Positions 1-8,511 of a stretch of DNA of 64,000 nucleotides are shown here, piece by piece. Location: positions 125-64,124 of the forward strand of contig CAVWEI010000029.1 of assembly GCA_963753845.1 (NCBI GenBank). Reading direction: 5' to 3'. The translations under genes and the position numbers were made by a program. Each line of letters starts with the position of its first letter. Position 1 is the first letter of the stretch. Below the pieces are notes generated by a model, which was not told the DNA's origin, made no database searches, and saw only the letters and a list, made by a program, of their open reading frames with translations. The stretch comes from an uncultured Gammaproteobacteria bacterium. GTDB taxonomy: Bacteria > Pseudomonadota > Gammaproteobacteria > Chromatiales > Chromatiaceae.

Positions 1-150
1 TCGATGCAAAAGAGGTTGAATGTTCAGTGCAATTCAATGATTTATTCCATGAGCGACCGTCCTAAATTTTGGGCACCCCATATTACGATGCGCATCGGGC
101 CGAAACTGGAAAACTGTCACTGAGGTCTGTGTCAGTAATTGGGCACTGGA
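1..150. repeat. Direct repeat copy A (may extend left of the window)
   Basis: TCGATGCAAAAGAGG...AATTGGGCACTGGA matches 3663-3811 except for one extra G (CATCGGGCCG vs CATCGGCCG). Confidence 0.95.
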
Positions 151-248
151 TGAGCGTGATCACGATAATCGATGTGGACGTTTTCGAGTTATCTGATGGT
201 GCCGATTTCGGCATGGATGCCGGTGCTATCGACATCCGGTGATGGGTT

Positions 249-459
249 TCAAAACGACACGTCGTCGTCAAACGCCGTATGGTGATGGGTAAACAGGTCC
301 TGCTGTAAGTCATCCTCCGCCTGCTGCGCTTGCCGCAGTTCAGACGCGTAGTGGTTTTCGAAGGCTGTGAGCAAGGCGTAGACGAAGTCGAGGCATTGAG
401 CGGCGGCCTCAGCGGAAAGCGCCGGGACATCGTCGATCTGCAAAAGGTGGGGGCTTCAT
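249..459 (-). pseudogene. Small acidic transposon accessory protein (one apparent frameshift near the 5' end)
   Basis: ATG at 459 with AGGAG RBS (MKPPP) joins ORF 249..443 QIDDVPALSAEAAAQCLDFVYALL...DDVSF. Confidence 0.55.
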
Positions 460-479
460 GGGCAGTCTCCTGGTCGGGT

Positions 480-1315
480 TCAACGGGCTTTGCGGGCTTT
501 CGCGTTCGTGTTGGCATAGCGTTCGAGAAAGAGCTTTTCGTCGAGCTGGGTGAGTTCCCGTTGGGCGGCGGTGGCGAGCAGTTCGGCGGCCATGCCGGTC
601 AGCACGCGGTAGTTGCCGACGGCGTGATCGCACAAGCGCGTTGATCAGCTCCGGGGTCATCAGGCTGGCATTGCCGGCGCTGTCCAGAAGATGCTTCAGG
701 CAGGCGCGCAGTTCTTCGCGGCTGGCATACTCCATGATCAGGCGGGTACGGATGCGGCTGCCCAGCGGCAGCAGCTCCTCCCGGCGCAGCTTGGTGTTGA
801 AGCGGCCATCACCGGCGAACACCACACTGAGCAGATGGCGCGAATCGAACTGCGCGCTGGCCAGCAGGCGCAGCTCGTTCAGGACCGCCGGGAGCATCTC
901 CTGGGCCTCATCGATCAACAGCACCGGACGCAACAAGGTGCTGTCCAGATGGGCCAGCCAGCGTTCGCGCAAGGCCTTGAAGCCGCCCCAGCGGTTGTGG
1001 GTCGCAGCTCGACGCCGAACAGATCGCCCATCTCGCGGTAGAAGTCGGCCAGGTTGCCGCTGGGGTGGGCGATGGCGCCGACGGTCAGATCGCGCAGTTG
1101 CCCCAGGCGTTCGGCCAGCAGGCGCAGCACCACGCTCTTGCCGGTGCCCGGATCGCCGCTGATCAGGGCAAAGCCGCCTTCGCGGACCAGTCCCTGCTCG
1201 ACGCGCCAGCAGAAGCTCTCGACTTTCGGCGTCGAGCATACAACGCCTCGATGGGCAGTTCCGGTGAGAAGGGATTCCATTTCAGGCCATAAAGGGCCAG
1301 CAGTTTTTTGTTCAT
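480..1315 (-). pseudogene. ExeA/GspA-like AAA+ ATPase (transposition helper), frameshifted
   Basis: MNKKLLALYGLKWNPF, Walker A GDPGTGKS, Walker B LLIDEAQ and LLPLGSRI lie in at least 3 different frames. Confidence 0.85.
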
Positions 1316-2788
1316 GATGTCGTTCTGCGAGATCGGGTTGGGGCAGATAGGCCGGCGGACAGCCGGTGGCGGCGTAGTCGCGCCAGACATTTGCGCAGCA
1401 GCGGCGGCAGTCGTCCTTGGCGGGTGATCGTCGTACCGGCGGTGCGGTGTGCTGCCGGTGCGGATCGCAACGCGCCGGCGCCGCCTCGGCATTGGCGGCC
1501 TTGTCCAGCGGATAGAGCGGACACAGCAACGGCGCCGGTGCGCGGGATCGATCAGCTCCACCGCGCGCAGATCCCAACGGGCATAGCGCACGCGTGGGCT
1601 GCTCAGATGGCGGTAACGGGTGGGGATCTCGAAGCGCTTGCCCTGCCAGGCTGACGGTGCCGTCACTGCGACGCTGGTTGCGCTTGACAGTGCAGCGAAA
1701 GGCTTGGCGCAGCGGTCTTGCTGTCCGGGCAGTCGCGTCCCACCTCGGGGGCATCGAGAAAGCGCTGCAGCGGCGTCGTGCTCGATCTCAGCGTGGCGAT
1801 TGCTGTGGTATTCCTGCTCGACCCAGGCCTGGGTGATCTCATTGAGCCGCTCCAGGGTCAGCTCCTTCACACCCTCGAGCATCGCCATCAGGCGACCTTC
1901 CAGCGTGGCCCAAAAGGTCTCCTGCTTGGCGTTTTGATACGGGACTGTACGGCAGCGTGGTCTCATGCAGGATGCTCAGCGTGTGCAGCCCGGCGGTAAA
2001 CTCCTCGGCCTGCATCGCCGCGCCGTTGTCGGTCATCAGGGCCCGGGCAGGCCGCGCTTTCTGCAGGGCCTGGGACAGGCCGTGGACCAGCACCTCGGCC
2101 GTTTCGTCCAGATACCACTGCAGATGGCAGATCAGGCGGGAGTGATCGTCGATGAATGCACAGCAGCAGCGGCGTGACCCAGCGACCCGCTGGCGGTCAG
2201 CACGCGGCGGGAGCCGTGGTGAAAGTCGAGGTGCCAGAGACCGTGGACATACTCTGCCTCATAGCTGCGCACCTCCAGTTGCTCCAGGCGTTGCGCGGCC
2301 TGGCTGAGCGCCGGGGGTTTCGCGTTTGGGGCGCGCGTTTGCGCTGACAGCCGCGCGCCTTCATGAAGCGCCGCAACGTGCCGTAGGAGGGCAGGGGCTG
2401 CAGGGCCGGTCTTCGCCTGGTCAAGGCCACCAGATTGTCGTAGTGCAGCTGCACCGTCCAGCCCGTATGGGCCTGGTACTGTGTCTCCAACGTCTGGATC
2501 AGCGCGGCCGACAGCGCGCGGAGGCGACCGGCATCCTCGCGTGGTTGGCGGCGCAGGGCCGCCACCGGGTCTATCGGCCTTGTCTGGCCGGCATAGTACC
2601 AACGCTCCAGCGTGGCGAAGCTCAAAGCGCAAGGCCGTGCCGTCGATCGGATGGGTCCAGTCTTATCCGCCAGCGCCTGCAATCGCCGCGCGCAACTTGC
2701 CCCGTGGCGGCGGCGCGGCCAACAGCGGGCCGATGATCGCAAAGCGCTAGCCGCGCCCAGCGATCCGGATCATCGGCTTCAGTGGCAT
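1312..2788 (-). pseudogene. DDE (rve/Mu-like) integrase/transposase, frameshifted
   Basis: Fragments FATLERWYY (HTH), GLWHLDFHH, LMTDNGAAM, PYQNAKQETFW, RNQRRSDGTVSL and RVRYARWDL are spread over several frames. Stop overlaps the ATPase ATG. Confidence 0.85.
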
Positions 2789-2848
2789 CGTCGTACTCCC
2801 GGTGATGAAGAATCCGGAGTCTAGGCATGCCGGATCCAGCGCTGACGA

Positions 2849-3448
2849 TCACATCTTCTGCGGATCGATCACCACCCTCAAGGAGCTTGCCCAAGAGGTG
2901 GTGGTCAATGGGGCGAGCAGAGCCAAGCAATCGGCGCAGACGTACGACCAGATCATCGCCCGTCCAATCGACCCAGCAAGGCACCGGGTAAGGCGCGGCC
3001 GCGATCGGTGGCATGAAGCGTCGCTGCACCGCCCGCCAACACGCGTCGCCGGGACCTGCTCCCGCCACCAGCGCTGCCAGCGGGCGATGGTCTGTGGCCA
3101 CAGATCCAGTTGCTCGATCAATTGCTCGGCGCTGCGGGTGTCAGGCCATGCTCCAGGCGCTGTCACCAGGACCACGATCACACCCAGATAGACCTTGCGG
3201 CCAAGAAAGCGCACCGAGGGCGGCGTGGTGCGACGTCGGCAGCCATCGCTGGCACAGCAGAAACTCAGGCGATACTGGTAGGACGCATCCAGGCCGAACG
3301 AACCCGCGCGGCTTACGCGGATAGCCGGCGACATGCAGCCGGCCACCGCAGTGCCGACAACCGCCCGCCTGAACATCGGCGGCGATCTCCTGATCGAGCT
3401 GGAACAAGGAGCGATAAAACCTGGCATCGTCAAAAAGGCGTGGCACAT
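2849..3448 (-). pseudogene. Cys-rich (Zn-ribbon) transposon-associated protein, frameshifted
   Basis: GGCRHCGGRLH..YPRKPRG and SFCCASDGCRRRTTPPSVRFLGRKVY, TIARWQRWW in different frames, upstream of the integrase. Confidence 0.65.
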
Positions 3449-3662
3449 TGTTGCTGTCTCTCTGTGTTTCTTGGTCGAAAAACAGGAGACAGCCCCCTCG
3501 GATAATTTTCAAGTTGTTTGAGGGGGTTTTTCTTTGTCCATCACATAATCTGATCAGAAAAGGCCGAAAAGCCGGCTGATATTGTGCACTTGCGTGGACC
3601 ACCTCGAGTCATGCATTTCTTCAAGGTTTCAAACAAATGGAATTTCGTCGTCGGGTCAAGCT

Positions 3663-3811
3663 TCGATGCAAAAGAGGTTGAATGTTCAGTGCAATTCAAT
3701 GATTTATTCCATGAGCGACCGTCCTAAATTTTGGGCACCCCATATTACGATGCGCATCGGCCGAAACTGGAAAACTGTCACTGAGGTCTGTGTCAGTAAT
3801 TGGGCACTGGA
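3663..3811. repeat. Direct repeat copy B
   Basis: Near-identical to 1-150. Followed by hairpin GGGCACTGGA-N11-TCCAGTGCCC (3802-3832). Confidence 0.95.
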
Positions 3812-3869
3812 CGGCCGAACTTTCCAGTGCCCGATGAGCACGCAATAACTGTCGACAAGTGCGCGGATC

Positions 3870-4058
3870 TCATTTCGCAGGCCGCCTGCCGTGGTATCGA
3901 TGTGATGCGCGTGGAGGATGAGTCATCTTTTCCGCAAATATGACGCGCTTGGCTTCACGGTACTGCTCACGCGCAGACGGTCGGAAAACAAAGGCTGTCA
4001 CCATCGTAAGGAACAGGGGCGCGCCGAAGAAGGCGATCCAGAAATAGGCATCGTGCAT
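3870..4058 (-). CDS. Small single-TM protein, CcoQ/FixQ-like
   Basis: MHDAYFWIAFFGAPLFLTMVTAFVFRPSAREQYREAKRVIFAE: TM helix plus RP..R..Y.EA...F pattern, AGGAAG RBS. Confidence 0.45.
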   Translation of the reverse strand: MHDAYFWIAFFGAPLFLTMVTAFVFRPSAREQYREAKRVIFAEKMTHPPRASHRYHGRRPAK

Positions 4059-4283
4059 GTTGCTTCCTGCTAATAAAGCCAACCGGCTTGCGTAGCGGTG
4101 ACGGTCAGTGATTTCAAGCATTCCTCGTCGCATTCAGAACTGCGGGCCGAAAACGCTACCCTCAACACCACCGGTTGTGCGGATAGTCGGCCCAATGCCA
4201 ATACCCCCCAAATCAGAACCAAGCCGACGTTAATGTGGCACGTTGCTGCCACGGTCATCCGTGAGGGCGATCCTGCTTTCCGG

Positions 4284-4976
4284 TCACGCTGCTCTTGCTA
4301 GGCCGCACTTGCGGTTGGCCGGCACGGCAACGTCCATCATCTTCGGGTCGCTGAGCACCAGGCCGTTCATCATGGCGATATAAGCCGCCCGGTCGGTCAC
4401 TTGAAGGCGTGGGTTGTGGCGCTTCTCCTCGCCGATACTGCTAACGGTCATGCCGTTGTAGTCATGCGCGGGGTAGACCAACATGTCTGCCGGCAACTTC
4501 AACAAGCGCCCGAAAAGGCTGTCATATTGGGCAGCGGCATCCCCGTTCTGGAAGTCGGTACGACCGGTGCCACGGATCAGCAGTGTATCGCCGGTTAGCA
4601 CACGGTCTGGCAGCAGGAAGCTGTATGAGTCATCGGTGTGGCCAGGAGTGTAAATTGCCTGGATGTCGACACCATCCAATTTGAGCTTCTCGCCATCGCC
4701 AAAGCGGGTACTTAGGCATTCAGCCTGCGTCATCTCGCCCATCGCGGTGAGGCAGCCAGTCTGATCGCGCAATTGTCCGAGGCCTGTGATGTGGTCAGCA
4801 TGGATGTGCGTGTCTACTGCCAGTAATAGACGCAGGTCGAGATCGCGGACCAATTGAACATAGCGGTCAGTATGATCCAGCACCGGGTCGATCAGCAGAG
4901 CCTCACCGCCCTGACGGCTCGCAATCAGGTAGCTGTATGTCGACGAGGTCTGATCGAAGAGTTGTCTAAAAACCAT
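4284..4976 (-). CDS. Persulfide dioxygenase (ETHE1/PDO-type MBL-fold)
   Basis: MVFRQLFD..STYSY, THIHADHITG, TPGHT, TGDTLLIRGTGRTDFQ, YPAHDYNG, EEKRHNPRL, AVPANRKCG. AAGGAG RBS. Confidence 0.92.
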   Translation of the reverse strand: MVFRQLFDQTSSTYSYLIASRQGGEALLIDPVLDHTDRYVQLVRDLDLRLLLAVDTHIHADHITGLGQLRDQTGCLTAMGEMTQAECLSTRFGDGEKLKLDGVDIQAIYTPGHTDDSYSFLLPDRVLTGDTLLIRGTGRTDFQNGDAAAQYDSLFGRLLKLPADMLVYPAHDYNGMTVSSIGEEKRHNPRLQVTDRAAYIAMMNGLVLSDPKMMDVAVPANRKCGLARAA

Positions 4977-4986
4977 CTTAATCTCC

Positions 4987-5589
4987 TTATGAGCTAGCAT
5001 TCGGATGCGCGGTCAATCCGGCTTGGGCCTGGTGACCGCAGTCACGACGGCGGTTCCAAGGCATGCGCGCCAACACTTGCGCCATACCACACCAGCGGGT
5101 GATTCCTGCAGCGATCAGACCGGCACCGATGGCTGCGCCTGCCACGAAGAACAGTTCATGCACTGTGAAGCCAAAGAAAACCTTGAGGATGAGTAGGCTT
5201 CCCACCGCGATCTGCACCTGACGTTCCAGCGAAAGGGCGGTGCCACACTTGTTTAGCGGTAGGCCAGCTTGTTGCCATGCCTCAGTGCCGCCCTGCACCA
5301 GCGTCAGATGCTCCAACCCAGCTTCACGCAGTACCTGCGCAGCCTTTTCAGCGCGCTGGCCCGCATGGCAGGTGAGGTAGAGCGGGTTGTCCGCCTCACG
5401 GCCGGCATCATCAACGGAGTCAGCAAGGTTGCTGGCTTTGAGTTCGTCTAGAGGTAAAAGGCGTGCGCCCGGAATGTGTCCAGCCCGGTACTCAGCCGGC
5501 GAACGGACATCGAGTACGGTGCCCTTCGAGTCGCCTTTCAGACGACGAGTCAAATCCATCGGCGAAATCTGCATAAATTCGTTATTCAT
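4987..5589 (-). CDS. Rhodanese-domain + DUF2892 membrane sulfurtransferase (YgaP-like)
   Basis: LDVRSPAEYRAGHIPGA, active loop CHAGQR, GGTEAW, then LERQVQI, two TM helices and GITRWCGM..LARMPWN. GGAGG RBS. Confidence 0.9.
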   Translation of the reverse strand: MNNEFMQISPMDLTRRLKGDSKGTVLDVRSPAEYRAGHIPGARLLPLDELKASNLADSVDDAGREADNPLYLTCHAGQRAEKAAQVLREAGLEHLTLVQGGTEAWQQAGLPLNKCGTALSLERQVQIAVGSLLILKVFFGFTVHELFFVAGAAIGAGLIAAGITRWCGMAQVLARMPWNRRRDCGHQAQAGLTAHPNASS

Positions 5590-5653
5590 CTTGCCTCCAA
5601 CGAGCCTTTCCTGTTGTTCAGCTCTTGTGGGCTGAATATAAGGAACGTTGAAT

Positions 5654-5701
5654 ATTCCAACAATTCGAAACATGTACAGTAATAATTCGAGAAATCCGAA
5701 T
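5654..5701. promoter_or_regulatory. Candidate ArsR/SmtB (SqrR/BigR-like) operator palindromes
   Basis: ATTCG-N7-CGAAT at 5685-5701 and degenerate ATTCC-N7-CGAAA at 5654-5670, in AT-rich DNA upstream of the rhodanese. A related site lies at 6004-6020. Confidence 0.4.
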
Positions 5702-6087
5702 CGTTCGGACGAATGGCGTCCGCCCAGAAGATGCGCTTTGGCAATTGCGGCGATCGCTACTGCAGGCGGCTGCTCGCTAGGCCGTTCTGCACAAACGCGA
5801 TGAACGATTGCCCGATCTCGGCAGGCCCGCTCTAAGCGGGTGTGCGGGCGATCCAACCGTCCCAATGACCTCACAGCAGACGTTGCACACGGCAGCGTGG
5901 GTCATCGCCTGTCGACTTCTCTAAGGTCATGCTCTGCCGTGCGGCCACATACCAGCCGCGCGTGCCAATTTGTCCATATTCTGAACGGTTATAGCTTCGG
6001 ATGATTCGGTATATTCGTAATCCGTAAGCGCTCCATGGGAGCGAAAAAATTTGTGTCTTGGACGAAAGCTTGTCAGAGGAAAAGAGG

Positions 6088-6792
6088 ATGAAGATTGCGA
6101 TCAGCGGAATTCTCGGTATTGCCGCCGTTTCGGTTGCCCTAATTGCTGGCCATGCTGTTGCTGGCGGCTACGATGCAGCCCCGTACGGAGGAGGCTACGG
6201 GCCAAGTGCCGGATACGGCGCACCATACGGCGGAGGCTACGGGCCAGGTGCTGGATACGGCGCACCATACGGCGGAGGCTACGGCCCCAGTGCCGGATAT
6301 GGCCTACCATACGGCGGTCCGCAAATGGCGTACCCGCCGCGACCGCAACGCCCCGAGCCACCGGCACGACCGCTGCCTCCGCAACCTCCCCAGATGGGGC
6401 CGTACGGTTACGGGAACCACATGGGGCGTCCAAATGCGCCGGGTGGTTACGGGATGACACGCGGGTACGACGCGGGGCGGAGCAATAACGCGATACCCGC
6501 GGCGGCTCCGGCGAAGACCGCGGCATCGACTGAGACCTCAGATGCTGCCACGGTCACCATATCGCAGATGCGCTTCAACGCACCCACCATAACGATCAAA
6601 GTTGGCGGCAGAGTCACCTGGACCAACAGCGAAGGTATCCCGCACACCGTCACTGCCGACGACGAAAGCTTCGGCTCGTCACGGCTGAGCGCTGGTGAGA
6701 CCTTTAGTTACACGTTCAACGAGCCCGGCACTTACACATACTATTGCCAGCTTCATCCGATGATGCGTGCAACCGTGGTGGTAGAGGCCTGA
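6088..6792 (+). CDS. Exported Gly/Tyr/Pro-repeat protein with C-terminal cupredoxin (plastocyanin/amicyanin-like) domain
   Basis: Signal peptide ending AVA, (PYGGGYGPxAGYGx)3 and a Pro-rich linker, then VTWTN..IPHTVT and YYCQLHPMM (His/Cys/His/Met type-1 Cu ligands). Confidence 0.88.
   Translation: MKIAISGILGIAAVSVALIAGHAVAGGYDAAPYGGGYGPSAGYGAPYGGGYGPGAGYGAPYGGGYGPSAGYGLPYGGPQMAYPPRPQRPEPPARPLPPQPPQMGPYGYGNHMGRPNAPGGYGMTRGYDAGRSNNAIPAAAPAKTAASTETSDAATVTISQMRFNAPTITIKVGGRVTWTNSEGIPHTVTADDESFGSSRLSAGETFSYTFNEPGTYTYYCQLHPMMRATVVVEA
6181..6318 (+). repeat. 42-bp coding tandem repeat, about 3.3 copies
   Basis: CCRTACGGMGGAGGCTACGGSCCMRGTGCYGGATAYGGC units at 6181, 6223 and 6265, partial at 6307. 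Confidence 0.9.
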
Positions 6793-7162
6793 GTCAGTCG
6801 AGTAACGGTATTTTCTTCTCAATTCAGAGGGCGTGGCCATGGGCGACGGGATCGCAGGGAACGCCCGGAGTCGATTGGAGAGTTGTGGCGGCTGCCGGCT
6901 GCGTGTGCCGGTCGCCGAAAAGGTGGTGCAGATTGCTCGTACGCTTGCACGCCACCCCCTCACCGGTGACCCGCTCTTGCAACCGATGCGATTAGCGCAA
7001 GCAATGCGACGACAAGTCTCAGGCGAAACGAGGCTTCACCGATAGGTCGACCAGGCAATCGACCGCCCATTCGCCAGCGCCGTGCCAAAATGGGGTCTGT
7101 CCGGGTCAAGCCAACAGCACGAAAAACGTGTTCCCGAGTACCCTGCGAGTAGTGTGGAGGCC

Positions 7163-7309
7163 ATGGACAAACCGTTACTTTACATTCTGATTGCTTTGGC
7201 CGTTACCCTGCTGCTGTTTGCAATTGATGTTTTTCCCTATCCGTTCGGTCTTATCGTGTTGACCCTGCTGGCGTTGGGCCGGTTTTTGCAGATCAAGGGT
7301 CCGACGTGA
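7163..7309 (+). CDS. Small two-TM membrane protein
   Basis: GGAGG RBS then MDKPLLYILIALAVTLLLFAIDVFPYPFGLIVLTLLALGRFLQ. Confidence 0.6.
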   Translation: MDKPLLYILIALAVTLLLFAIDVFPYPFGLIVLTLLALGRFLQIKGPT

Positions 7310-7367
7310 AGCCGCCGCAAGCACAACCAGCCAGCGATCGCGTAGACGATGCAAATGAGGAGGCTGT

Positions 7368-7677
7368 ATGAACAGCGACCCGCACATGAAGGCCCGCAAC
7401 CAGCGGAAGTTATTGTTGAATACCCAACGGCAAGAATCGACAGACTGCCTGGTCTGGAACGGGCAGATATCGAACGGGGGATACGGCCGGGTGATGCTGA
7501 AAACCGACGACGGTAACAAGACGGTGAGTGCGTCTCGCGCCGCCTATCAGCTGTTCATCGGTCCGGTGCATAGACGACAATATTGTGCTGCAGAGATGTC
7601 GCAACCGGCTGTGTGTAAATCCGGAACACCTCGAGTTGGTCGATGAGGTTCCGCTCGACTATTGGCACCGTTCCTGA
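7368..7677 (+). pseudogene. His-Me finger (HNH-type) endonuclease-like protein, frameshifted near 7570
   Basis: CLVWNG...GGYG...SASRAAYQLFIGP continues in another frame as VLQRCRNRLCVNPEHLEL. GAGGAGG RBS. Confidence 0.7.
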
Positions 7678-7750
7678 ACGCTTGGCTTGCAGGCGGTTCG
7701 GCTCACGGTCTTTTTCGGTATTTCGCCGCAAGGCCGGACACAGGGCACGC

Positions 7751-8075
7751 ATGTGGTACGAACATCGTCGCGGGCCGGTCCTGGTGCTTTTCACGGGGGC
7801 CGCGTTGGCTACTGAATAGCCCACTTATACGGTTTTGGAACGGACCGGCAATTTCGAACTGCGGCGCGGCGGCAATGAGAAGATCAGCATGACTGCGCCG
7901 ATGCGTGGCTGCCCAGTCGGAAGAGATCAGCATGACCGCACCCGTGAGCATGGCGAGATCGGCGGGGCAGTGGCGCGTCCATTTTGTGATGCCGAGCAAA
8001 CACACCCTCGATACCCTGCCCAGGCCCAACAATCCCGCGGTGACACTGCGCGAAGTCCCGGAGACCGACTATCCG
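7751..8075 (+). pseudogene. SOUL heme-binding protein remnant
   Basis: E*PTYTVLERTGNFELRR, KISMTAP twice, WRVHFVMPSKHTLDTLPRPNNPAVTLREVP. Has an internal stop, a deletion and frameshifts. Confidence 0.75.
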
Positions 8076-8084
8076 GTGATCGGT

Positions 8085-8435
8085 GCCCTCCAGGACCTGA
8101 GGTCTGCGCGAAGATACCGGCAGTGATCGAGAAGATCCTCACTCACCTGGATGCAAGAGGGGTCGAGTTTGAAGCCTGGAGGCGGCCGCGATGCCGGCCC
8201 TGATTGCTGGCATGCACGGGGAAGACGGCGTCGGGCAGGGGGCTTGGCGTATTCCGTATCTTAGAATGTCGCTGGAGGCCGCTTCTGAAAATTGAATCGA
8301 TGGCCAACCAGGTTTGCTGGCGCGCGCGAAGTAGGGCGGCGCCCGCCGTGCGCAACTATGGATTAATCTTCTTCTCATGCGTCCCGCAGCACCACTTCCG
8401 TTGCTTCGCTCACCATTTTGCATTTCCTCTTATAT
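8085..8435 (+). mobile_element. IS91-family transposase C-terminal remnant and downstream end region
   Basis: PAVIEKILTHLDARG resembles the C-terminus of IS91/ISCR Y2 transposases. Boundaries approximate. Confidence 0.45.
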
Positions 8436-8511
8436 TGCAACGGCACTACTGGTGCGGCGATTCGTGTCGGGCCTCGGAGTAGGATCTTGCACGGTTAACG
8501 TGGATTCCTAA

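Larger units (their letters stand above)
81..3847 (-). mobile_element. Four-gene transposon (Zn-finger protein, DDE integrase, ExeA-like AAA ATPase, small ORF), heavily frameshifted
   Basis: Gene content as listed below. Imperfect terminal IRs: TATTACGATGCGCATCGG..ACTGGAAA at 81 and the reverse complement of 3820-3847, TATTGCGTGCTCATCGGGCACTGGAAAG. No target duplication seen. Confidence 0.7.

Noticed and set aside
6181-6318. Regularly spaced repeats as a CRISPR array
   Set aside because: They are in-frame 42-bp coding repeats with no unique spacers, and no cas genes are present.
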